A DNA stretch of 63,529 nt, counting the filler, from Rhizaria sp. SCN 62-66 (Eukaryota): assembly GCA_001724265.1 (NCBI GenBank). It is 3 parts of 3 records of this genome, joined end to end, with 100 filler letters (N's around TTAATTAATTAA, not from the genome) between each part and the next. Parts side by side here need not be neighbours in the genome. Positions count along the whole stretch, not along the records: positions 1 to 27,552 come from MEDY01000403.1; 2 more parts are not named here. The stretch is one strand, 5' to 3'. The position numbers were made by a program, and so were the translations under genes. This document shows, piece by piece, positions 12,170 through 23,130 of the stretch. Under the pieces are notes generated by a model, which was not told where the DNA came from, searched no databases, and was given only the letters and a program-made list of their open reading frames with translations. The stretch's first letter is position 1. Each line of letters begins with the position of its first letter.

Positions 12170-12860
12170 AGACGCCGTCCGCGCGCGCTAGTGTTTTGTG
12201 GCCGCGGCTATGACCCGCGCAGTGCACCTGCTGCTCAAGGTCTCGCCCGCCGCGCCGCTGGCGGCCGTGGATCTGTTCGGCGTCCACTCTGACGCGCTGT
12301 TGCTCCACATTGACGCAGCCCGCTGAAGCGGCGTCCTTTGCTCGTGAGCATGTACTCGCGCCGCCTCGTTGCTGTGGGCCTCGCCTACGAGGCGGCGTGC
12401 GTTGAACTCACCAGGCACTCGCGGTTGTCCGTACACACGCAGAGGCAGAGCGCCACGCCACTGCTTCAAGTTTGTGAGTCACAACAACGTCGCGCAACGC
12501 CACCCCATGTCTTCAGCACCGCTATCGACTCTATCAGTGCCGTTTATGAGAGTTCTTACCGTCGTGGCATACGTCGAGAACAAACCTGTACGCATGATCG
12601 TCAACACCGCTTAAGGTCGACGCGTGGGCATGAGCACAACGGTTCGCAAGCTGTCGTACTGCGCGAACTTATCGCGGTCGGCAAAACCTTGCGCTTGTCA
12701 CGCGTACCGGACAGAGGCAATCCTCCCGACATCCTCAACAAGTGCATGGACGACAAACATCGCAACGAGATGGGTGCCAAGCTTGATTTCGTCGACTTGG
12801 CGACGGGGCGGGTCATGTGTACTTGTGGTGTAGGGCGTAAAGGGAGACTTGGGTGTCGGT
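12170..12860 (+). pseudogene. Degenerate coding remnant, possibly retropepsin/DDI1-like aspartic protease
   Basis: Coding-like fragments broken by TGA/TAA and frame changes; VAYVENKPVRMIVNTA resembles V-NG-PV---VDTGA, and DILNKCMD..EMGAKLDF resembles the DxLLGMD..GAxID strand. Confidence 0.3.
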
Positions 12861-13243
12861 TGCACACGGAACCCTTTTATTAATAGATTCCAGAATGACT
12901 CTCGTTTCATTTTGCCTCTGTAGTATATAAAGGCCTTAAGTTGGGCGCCGAGCAGATTCAATTTACTTGGGTCTGTCGATAACCCTGGCGGTATTGAAGC
13001 GCGAAAGTAGCAGATTTTCGATTGTGCGCATGGTGGCCTTGATGAATGTGGCGTTGTGGAAGTTGGTTGCTGTAAATGTGATAGCCTACCAAATACAGAT
13101 CCGAGTTTGATAAGTTTATCGTATCGAATTTGAAAATGGATTATACAACATTCTAGCCATGTCAAATAAACTATGTATGAGTTCATAAACCACCGCCTAT
13201 CCCAGACTGTCATAAGAGTAAACGCTCATTGCAGCGTTGCAGC

Positions 13244-14484
13244 TTAGTCGATTCCCATGGACTCCATGCCACCCAGCTTGACGGTAGAGTCGCGCAGCCG
13301 GCGGTAGCCCGCGGCGACTGCGCTGCCCAGCGGGGCCTGCAAGTAGCAGTACACGTGAGCACCGAAGACCGCGCGTGCCGCCCAGCGCACGGCCTCGGAC
13401 AAGAAGGAAACCTTGGTAGAGCCGTCGGACATGAAGCCGCTCGCGCACAGAGCGAAGAAACCGCCAATCTATACAGCCATAGCAGAAACATGGAATCAAT
13501 AAAACAAGATGTGCGTTGTGAGTTGAAATTCGATTGAAATGTACTGCAAGCAAGTCAATGCAAAGATCTCATAACCAATGAACCACAGTTTGCGCCTCAC
13601 TGCAAGCGTGAGAACGTACCCACACGGCGGTGCGAAGAACGTGGACGTCCTTGTGCGCGGCGGCCCAACCCAGCAGCGCGGCGAGCCCTGCTGCAAGCGG
13701 CAGCGCGAAGCGCACCTGGGCCTGCGCGGGCAGCGCAGCGAGCTCCTCGATGCCGAATGCAAGCCGCGTCGCTGCGGCGGCGGCGAGCACAGCGGCGTCG
13801 ACCAGCAGCGCCAGACGCGCCAGGCGCAGCGCCGCGGGCTCGGCCAGCGCAGTCTCGGCCGCGCCGCCGCTACGGCCGCTGCTGTTGGTGCCCGAGATCG
13901 CTGCGGTCGCGGTGGGCGCGGCGTCGGCGGTGTACGTGGTGAGCGCGTAGGCGTTGGCGGCGGCGAGGAGGCCCAGCGCGGCCGCGGGCTGGAGCTGCGG
14001 AAGCGAAAACGCGGCGGCAACGGCGACAAGCCCCGTGAGCGCGGTGAGCAGCGCCTTGCGCACCGCGGGGGCGCGCACGGAGCGGCAGCCCCAGGCGAGG
14101 AGCGCGAGGGCAAAGAGAGCGGAGCCGGAGAAGAGGTCGTCGAACCAGAAGGCGACAGAGAACGCGGGCGGGCGCGCCTGGTTTGCAAGTCCGACGGTTT
14201 TAAGCACGGCTGCGACTGTGCCCGCAAGCGCCAGGACGATCATGTTGACCTGAGGCGTGGCATGAGCAAGGGAGCGATGCGGTGACAAGAAGATACGAGT
14301 GGTGAGCAAGGAGGCACAGGGGTGCTGGAGTAGCGCTAGGTGGTGGGATATATAATCAAGAGTCACGTACGTTGTTGATCATAAAGTCACCAAAGGCGTT
14401 GGCCTTGCGAAAACGCATGGCGGCATCGTAAGCGTGCTCGGTGGGGACAGCACCGCCAGACCTCTTGCCCTTCTTACTTGACAT
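13244..14484 (-). CDS. Multi-pass membrane protein, unknown function; exons 14484-14371, 14249-13620, 13468-13244
   Basis: Two GTACGT..AG phase-0 introns give a continuous frame MSSKKGKRSGG...MESMGID-TAA with several hydrophobic segments. Confidence 0.75.
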
Positions 14485-14909
14485 GAAGGAACTGACAACA
14501 AAAACGGGAGGTTCAAGAGAAATACAAAAGTTTAAAACGTGTTATTTTAAACACAAGGTGTTTATATCTGTTTAATTTGTACAATCAAGAAATTGTCCCT
14601 ATTGACGATCAGGATATTGTTAGCACCTGACTTTCAGATGACTCACCAAACGTCACGGTCAGCAAGCGACAGTCAGCATCTCGCAAGTCAAAGAATGATC
14701 TGTTCATGCACATCCCATCGTGCGACGGTGATCTATCATGTACATACCGATTTACGATTACCTACACTCTATCAACCATTTGTTTCACTCCCATCACTCT
14801 CTCATATCTCTCACACTACCACTTCTCCTTGTACTCCGCCTCGGACCTGGCCACGATCGCATTCTACTCTCGCACATCGCGCCCGGCCGCGTTATCAGCG
14901 TCTTTTCCG

Positions 14910-15281
14910 ATGGAGGAGGCCTTCAAGAGCTACGATTGGGCTTCCGATGAAGCCTGGTCGCGCATTCGCTGCAGTACGTCAAACCCCCACCCGCTCTTTG
15001 TGTTTCCCTCTCTTCATTCTCCGCAGAACTTCATTGACTTCACTCCACACGTTGTTATCCCCTCTGCTGTTGATACCACTTGTTTGTCTCACCCAGGCAT
15101 GGAGATCCCCCCGAACCTCGACGAGGCCGCGGTGATCCTTAAGCGCCAGCGCAAGTACTACAAGGAGAACATCAACCCCGACTACGTTGTGCCTGAGCCC
15201 GCCCCCACCCCGCGCCCCACTCCCTCCGCATCTTCTTCGTCCTCATCCTCCTCGTCGACGTACTCGCGTCCGTCGCCTTCG

Positions 15282-15316
<35 letters not shown>

Positions 15317-16442
15317 GTCGTCGTCGTCGTACTCGTCGCGCCCGTCTGCGTCGTACTCGTCCTATTCCAACCCGAACAGCCAGTACGGCGGCGGCTACTC
15401 CTCCACTATCCCCTCGCAGCCCATCACCGCCACCACCAACGCGGCCGCGAGCCTCTCCGCGCGCGCGCAGGTCGCCGCGCTGCTGATGCTCGCCGCGCTC
15501 CCGCTCGTCTACATCTTTCCCCTCACCCCGCCCGCGACCGCGAGCTCTGTCTACACCGCGACGTGCCTCATCTCGGCCGCATACGCCGTGTGGCGCGCGT
15601 TTGCGGCCCACGGCAAGCCCAGCGCCGACCCGGCCTACATCCAGCGCGTGCTGCCCGACCCGCACGTTGCGTGGCTCTTCTGGGCGCTGCTGGCTTTCTC
15701 CGCGACCCCCAACATCGTCGCACTCGCCCCGCTCGCCGTCCGCGCCTGGGCGTTCGCCCGCCCCTACGCCGCGGCCTTCCTCCCCGCCGCCGTCGCGGGC
15801 TCCGCGGTGCTGGCCGCCATGGCGCCCGACTCGACCGGCGCGCTGGCGCTGCTGACGGCGCGCCTGGAGCAGTTCGCGCTCTACTTTGGCATCGTCGCGC
15901 TCTTCACGCCGCTGCGCTCCATCGCGTTCGTGGTGGTCGCCTGGACCATGGTCCGCATGCGGTACATCATCGACCCGGCCGTGCAGCGCGCGTTCGCAGA
16001 GGCGCAGAGCAACGTGTGGGAGCCCGCCGTGGCGCGCGCGCCTGCGCCCGTGCAGAAGGGCTACCGCTGGGTCGCTGAGAAGATGTACAGGTACGTGCGA
16101 CAAACCACACTGACAAACTGTCGTTGAACTCTTATTTGAACTTTCGTTTGCGATGTGATGGTGCGAAATGCGTTTGTGATTTGACTCTATAAATGATTTT
16201 GTGGATTGAAACGTGCACAAGTATGATTTGACACATGTTATCTTGCGAGTACTGTACTTTCTCTGCTCAACTCCCTCAATGTCATTTTCGCGTCGATCTC
16301 ATTTACTCCTTCTTTTCTTTGCTCTCTATTGTTTTGCTGTCTGTTGCTTAGCTTCGTTGACCCCGTTGCGCTGGAGCAGCAGGCGCGCGAGGCCCAGGCC
16401 AAGGGTGCCAGCGGCGCCGGCGGCGGCTGCACCGTCATGTAA
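14910..16442 (+). CDS. TMEM33/Pom33-like ER/nuclear pore membrane protein; exons 14910-14973, 15097-16090, 16352-16442
   Basis: N-terminal FKSYDWASDEAW..KRQRKYYKENINPDY, hydrophobic core ending WTMVRMRY..VQRAF typical of the family; C-terminus CTVM-TAA. Confidence 0.7.
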
Positions 16443-17030
16443 GTGATCACACAGTCAGTCAGTGCAGTGCATTTTCAACTGTGGCTTGACACTGCATCAC
16501 AGTAGTGACGATTGTTAACTGCGTTTATTAATTATAAATTTGTTCCGTTCTCAGAGAGTGAAAATGTGTTATTTCATGAATTCATACTGTAAAAATAGAA
16601 TAAACAAAGAGGTATTTAGCAAAAGGAATCAATGCCACTCGAAATGTGAAAGGAAGGGATTGTTTGTATTGAGTGATGGCTCTATAAACGACTGCAAGAT
16701 CCACACGTAAAGGGTTTGAAACTTGTGGATACGTAAATATCACGATCTATGTAGTTATAATCATAATGGAATTTGCTGCACCAACAACGACTCGTCGCTG
16801 TTGCCGAGCTGTTGGTTTGTTCGTTAGCTTGGTTTGAGCTTGGTTTGCGCTGTTGTTGTAAAAGGCACCACACATGGACTCATAGTCAATGCGTGTGCAC
16901 GTGATCACAGACTGCGAGCTGCAAACTGCTCCAGCTTCGATTTCTGGGTGCGCGTGGTGGAGGAGACAAAGAAGTAGCGGCGCAGCGCTTGTTTATCGAA
17001 GCGTCGCCGTCGCAGGGTCGCGTCGCAGGC

Positions 17031-17948
17031 TTAAGGCTTGGGGATGCGGACAGTGGAGGAGACGAAAAGGCATCCCCAGGCGACGTAGACAAGGACGAGC
17101 GGGTGGAAATCCTTGCCAAGCACCTTGACGAGCCCGCCGACAACGTCCACGGGGCCGACGCGGCCGACTGACCACGCGGCAGCCCACGCGGCGACGAGGA
17201 TCAGCGAAGTGGGCACGGGGAAGCCTTCATAGTACGGCACCTTGGTGCCCGTGGCGAGCATCGACGAAGTGACGTTAAAGCGTGCAAGACGCGCAATGCC
17301 GCAGAAGACAAAGAAGCAGAGCGCGATGGTGTCCCACATGCCGCGCAGCCCGAGCGTGAAGCCAAGCACGGCGGGCGAGACGACGAACGACACAACGTCC
17401 GCGAGTGAGTCGAGATCAGAGCCCCAGGGAGAGAATGACTGGCGTTTGCGGGCCACCCAGCCGTCGGCAATGTCAAAAACGAGCGCAAGCGGAAGCAGCG
17501 CAAAGGCCCACCAGAGGTAGACGTCGCGGCCGCCGTTGCCGAGGTAGTTGAGGCAGAGGAAGATAGACGACACACCACACACAGCGTTGGCGCAGGTGAC
17601 GTAGTCGGCCAGCACGAAGGAGCGGAACAGCGACGCGCGGCGCACTGTCGGCGTGTCGAGCGGGTTCGGGAAGTGCTTCACGTCTGACGGCGCGGGCGTG
17701 TCGAGCGGAACGAGCGCGGACAGCACGTCGGGAGACGCACGTAGCGAGCGCAGCGAAACGGGCGCGGCGGCTGCGGCGGCGCCGGGAACAATGCCGGGCA
17801 CCGCGGCGGGGCGGCGCGGGCGCGAGGTCGAGCGCGTGGCAGACGTGGAGCGCTGGCGAGAGGTCGAACGGTCGCGGGAGGCCGCGCGGGAGCTGGGCGT
17901 CGCCATGACGTCGACGCGCTTGGAGCGTGACGAACGAGTGGCAGGCAT
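17031..17948 (-). CDS. CDP-diacylglycerol--serine O-phosphatidyltransferase (CHO1/PssA type)
   Basis: ADYVTCANAVCG; CDP-alcohol phosphotransferase motif DIADGWVAR..GSDLDSLADVVSF; RLARFNV; YYEGFPVPTS; C-terminal RIPKP-TAA. Confidence 0.92.
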   Translation of the reverse strand: MPATRSSRSKRVDVMATPSSRAASRDRSTSRQRSTSATRSTSRPRRPAAVPGIVPGAAAAAAPVSLRSLRASPDVLSALVPLDTPAPSDVKHFPNPLDTPTVRRASLFRSFVLADYVTCANAVCGVSSIFLCLNYLGNGGRDVYLWWAFALLPLALVFDIADGWVARKRQSFSPWGSDLDSLADVVSFVVSPAVLGFTLGLRGMWDTIALCFFVFCGIARLARFNVTSSMLATGTKVPYYEGFPVPTSLILVAAWAAAWSVGRVGPVDVVGGLVKVLGKDFHPLVLVYVAWGCLFVSSTVRIPKP

Positions 17949-18296
17949 CCGGGCTGAAAAGGAAAGAAATGCGTATAAGACTGCATTTTGTAAGATCTTG
18001 ATTTATAATTCATAATTAGTAAGCTGTATAGTACTTGGTTAACTCTGTTTTATCCGACTTGACGATCAGAGTTCTGAGATAATGCGTTATCAAAGTTGCT
18101 GATGCAGCCCGACCACACGTCTCGATTTTCGACCGCGCCCACCATGTCAGAGTCGTAACAAGTCTTATTGATTAGAGCCAGATGATTTAACATTAAATGC
18201 TCATACCACCGGATGTTAATAAAACATGTGTATATTATATTGAAATAAACCTGTCTTACGAGAACGATAACCTTGTTAATAATGCATTTTCAGACT

Positions 18297-21200
18297 ATGC
18301 TGCCGGCTGGCGCCTTCGGACCCGAGCGGCCGATGCACGCCGCTGCGGCCGCAGCTTGGCTCACCTCGTCCTCGTCTTTCTCGGCCGAATTTGCCAGCGC
18401 ACCCTACGACTGGCCCCGTGCGCCCGCCGTGCCGGACCTTGTGCTCGTGATGCAGGCGCTGCCCGACACGCCGCTCATCCGCCTATTTCTCCGCCTCACG
18501 CTCGCTCTCTGCGCTGCGCCCAACGCGCAGTCGCAGCGGCAGGGCCAGAAGCCTGCTTCGTACGGCCGCGAGGCTGACGGGCGCGTGCCCGGAAAACACG
18601 ATTTTGGGGCCATAACGCGGCTCTTCCGCGCGCAGGCCGCGGCAGAGCAGGACAGGCTGCTCGCATAGCTGCTCTCAGGCGACTCAAACGACGGCGCAAA
18701 CGAGGGCGCAGACGTGAACGCGGGCTCGAACGCGCGGTGGCCGCAGCGAAACGAGCAGAAGCAAAGCGGCGATGGCGCTGGTTATGCTCGTGCGGTGAGT
18801 GATGACGAACAACATGAGCGTCGTGTAAAGACCGAGCAAAAAATCAAACTCGAGGAGAATGGACAGCGGCAGCAAGATTCATCGCTGTTGCATGCATCTG
18901 GATACCACTCGTATGACCGCGACGGGGACCCAGGCGCAACGTACGCGGCTGCGTTTGCCGCTGCGGCCGCGGCGGAGGCTGCTGAGGAGGCTGAGGCCGC
19001 CGCTGCAGAGGCCGCGGAGGCTGCGGTAGCGGCTGCTGCAGACGCAGCTGACGACACAGATGACGACGATAGTCGGCCATATCATCGCAGCAATACCTCC
19101 AGTGCGAGTGCCAGTGCGGGTGTGAGGGCGACTGTCCACGACGGCACCAACGGCAGCGACAACAGTGACGGAGCCGAGAGCCACGCGCAGGGCACCGCTG
19201 ACCATGGGTACCGGGGGTCCCACAGCAACAGCGACTGCGGCGACGACGATGAGCAGCAGCAGGAGGAAGACGAGCTCGACTGGGACTATCAGGCCGACGC
19301 CGTGGACACCGACAACGAGGCCGAGACCGCCGCCCTCGCCGCCGCGCTGGCCGCCGCCGCCGAGGCCGCCGAGGACAACATCGGCGACCACGCAACGACC
19401 GTGAGCAGCGCCGACCCACTCACGGCCCCGGGTGCCGGCGGCGCTGGCACGGGTGCAGCTGCCGCGGGCACCGGTGCCGGCGACGGCCCTGGGGCCGGGG
19501 TTGCTGGGGGCGCGCGCGTGACTGTGGCGCTGCCGCAGGCGGCGCCGCCGTGTCTCGACGACGTGATGGAACTCCGCGACAGCAGCAGCAGCAGCAGCAG
19601 CGACCGTGACAGCGACAACAACGACGATGACGACGACGACTACGACGATGCCCACAATGACGATTACGAGAATACCAATACGAACTACGCCAGGAGCAGC
19701 AACGTCTTCAACGATGTCGACGACGAATACTACGGCCACAGTAAGAGTTACACTGCCAACGACGACTACGAATATGGCCTAAAACGCAGTAGCGGCAAGA
19801 AAACGGCTGTCAAGAAAGAGCATCTCTCCAGCGCCACCGCCGCAGCCGCTGGTGCTGCTGCTGCCGCATATGCAGTCCCTAGTTCCAGTCTGAGCTCTGT
19901 TGTGTCTAGTTCCTCCAGCTCTTCCTTGGCCGCAGTCGCCACGCCCCGCCTCGATCTGTCACACCGCAGCGACTTGGCCTCCCTGCGCGCGCGCCTCGCA
20001 TCTCACCCGCTGCCCTCGCGCGCGCCCGCTGCGCTCACCGCGCCCGTCGCACCGGCCAACGCTGCGACTGCAGCGGCAGGCACACTGCGCACTGCTCTCG
20101 CGGCTGCGGGTGTCACGGGTACCACCTGCACTGGAGCAGGCGCGATGGCGTCGCTGCCGCGGCGGCCAGAGATGGGCTTTCTCCCGCCGCGCCCGCTGCC
20201 CGCCGCGTCTCTGCTGGTTAACCGCGCTCCTCCGCCCGACCCCTCTGCCCTCGGCAACGCGAACGGCGGCGCGAATTGCGGCGCGAGTGCTGCTGCGGCG
20301 GGCGGGCGTAAGCGGGCGGCGCCGGGTGCGGCGCGTGGCAAGGGCGCTGCGGCCGCGAAGGCTGCGGCAGCTGCCAAGGCCGTTGCGGCTGCCGAGGCGG
20401 CTGCTGCGGCTGCGCAGGCGGCGGCGGCCGCCGCGTCGCGTGGCGCTGGTCCCGGCTCTGGCGCGGACGCAAGCGCTGCGGCCGCCGCAGCCGCCGCCGC
20501 GACTGAGGCCGCCGCAGCCGCCCGCGCCGCCGCAGCCGCCGCAGCTGCAGCCGCTGGCCCTGGCCGTGGTGCTGCTGCTGCTGGAGCGAAGCCGAAGCGC
20601 GCGCGCAAGCCCCCCGCCGGCAGCGTGCTCCGCGGCGGCGGCGGCTTCGTCCTCGACTCTGGTGAGGCCGCGCCCGCGCCCGCCATTGCGCCTGCAGCAC
20701 GCCGCCGTCACAATGCAGCCGTAGCCGCAGCAGCTGGCGCTGGGGTAGACGCTGGCTCTAAGCCCCGCGCACGCCGCTCCAAGAAGCAAAACAACGGCGG
20801 CGACGACGGCGGCGGCGGCGATGGCGGGGGCGGCGGTCATGGACGCGATGACACAGAAGTCGGCGAGACCGAAGGCATGGGTGACGCCGGGGCGGACTTC
20901 GGCCTCGGGCCCGGCCAAGGCTTCTGGCCCCGCGGCCGCGCGGGCGCCATGGCCGTCGCGCCCGTCGGCGACGGCACCGGCAGCGCGCGCGGCGGCATCG
21001 CCGGCAGCAGGGTCGCCGCGGGCGTAGCGCCGCAGCTCGCGCAAAGCACCGGCAACGGCAACGGCAAGAGCGGCGGCGGCGGTGGCGGCGGCGCGGCGCT
21101 GGGGTCTGCGCCGGTCGGGGGCTCGGGCGGTGTCATTGGCGGCGGCGGCACGCTCGGCGGTGGCGGTGGTGGCAGGCCGCTTGCGCAGATGACCGCGGCG

Positions 21201-22169
21201 CAGCTCGCCGGCCTACAGCACCGCCCGCAGATGCTCGGCGTCGGCGCAGATGGCGGCAGCGGCGCGGGCAGTGCAGCCGGTGTCGGCGCGATGGCCGGTG
21301 GCCTGGCCGGCGTGCCGCTAGGCAATCGCGCCGCGCCCCCCGCCGCGCACGCGCACGCACTGCCTCCTTGGGCCCGGCCCCCCTCTTCCGCCGCCGCCGC
21401 CGCCGCGTCTGCTGCCGCCAACGGCAGCAACGGCGGCAGCGCGTTTGGTGCCCGCGGCGTGATTGGCGTGGCCGAGCTGGCCGCGCTGGGCCGCCGCGAG
21501 GCGCGAGAACACCAGCGCCGCGTGTCTGCCGCGGCGGCGCCGCACCACAACTTCACCGCCGCGGGCGCCGCCGAGGCCGCGGGCGTGGCGTCGGGCCGTG
21601 CCAGGCAGGGCCGCGGCGGCCGCGGGCGCGGCGGGCACGCGCGTGTCGGGGTCTCAGCGCTTGACACGCGCCGGCCGCTAGGCAGCGCGCAGGCGCAGGC
21701 AAGTGCTGCCTTGGGCGCTGGCAGCGGCGGCAGTGGCGGGGGTGCTCAGGTGGTGACGCTGGCGTCGTCGGCGCTGGCGGCCGCGGCGGCGCTGGGCAAG
21801 GAGTGCGTGCGGCTGACGAACGTGTTCCGCGCGCAACACGCGCTGCCACCGCTTGAGTGGCACGGGACGCTTGCCGCGGTTGGCTTCGGGCACTCGCGCG
21901 ACATGGGGCTCGGCAAGGCGCCGTTCGATCACGTCGGCTTCGCGGGCCGCGTGCGGAGGTACCCGTTCCGCGCGCGCGCAGCGGCGGAGAACCTGGCGAT
22001 GATGAGCGGCGTCGGCGTCGCCGCGATGGCGCAGACAGCCGTACAGGGCTGGGTCGAGTCGCCGGGGCACCGCAAGAACCTGTTGTGCCGCGCAACGTGG
22101 TGCGGCGTCGGTGTCTTTAAAAACAGGGCGGGGACTGTTTATTTCACGCAGCTCTTTGGGCTTCAGTGA
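18297..22169 (+). CDS. Long low-complexity protein with C-terminal CAP/SCP domain; in-frame TAG at 18666-18668; start uncertain (ATG 18282 or 18297, or an upstream exon)
   Basis: TNVFRAQHALPPL..HSRDM..FDH..AAENLA..AVQGWVESPGHRKNLL..GVGV..YFTQLF is a CAP domain; track ORFs 18273-18668 and 18714-22169 share one frame; ends TGA. Confidence 0.85.
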
Positions 22170-23130
22170 AAATGTTATGTGCCACTGCAGTGTATCATGT
22201 GCTTGACTAAATTAACCTTTATTTAATCCGTTTTAACTTTGCTATTGTGTATGCAAATATAATAGCTTGTGTACTACTGTTTTACAATAAATGTCAATAA
22301 AATAAAGTTTTACCACTCTCATGTTGCGATACACCCTCGTGAACGCATTGTAAATTACAAAGGTGAATGTGTCTTGTTTTGCGCTTGCGCGGGTCTTCAA
22401 TTGCGACTGCGCTATAGTTGGTAAGTTTGAAGACAGTAGTGTAACAGTCGAGTTACCGTGCCAACTTGCGATGCCTTTTTACGATGCAAAGTCTTGTTTC
22501 TGCCACTCCATGTACTTCATCAACAGAACCACTTGTGCAATTATAAGTTTCATATACGGCTTTAAACCTGTGGGCCAGGAGGCCTCTTTTCTCTTTCACC
22601 CATGGTCACCAATCGACTGTAAGCCCACTAGAGAAGCTAACACCAACAACTGTAGTCGGCCATTGATGAAGTGGATACTACGACTACGACTCGTAAAAAA
22701 TGTCGATCGTCACATTAAGACTTTTCATTTAGTCATACTGTATTGAGAATAGTCGTAAATCTCGATGGTAATGTTGTTATTATTGTGATCATGGTTGATG
22801 ATTTTCGTGGTGAATCTTGTTATACGTCGTCTTCAACTCAGCAGTCCGTAGTATGGTTCCTATTATTAATCCAATATCCCATAAAAGCAATGGTAAAATG
22901 AAGACACTCCATCCCAAATGCTCTCGTAGCTATGAACGCCATATGTTTAAGTCTTACGCGCCTTAACTTCAAGCGCACACAGAAGAAGCAACGACAAACA
23001 TCGATGGAGCGACAATCTGATTTACTGTTTTGTCGGTATTAAGACTTACAGCAGCACACACATGCGCGCTATTCCTTCTCGTGTGAAGATGCCCTTCGCT
23101 GAGTCAAAGCGGCCAAGGCTGAAGTGCTGC

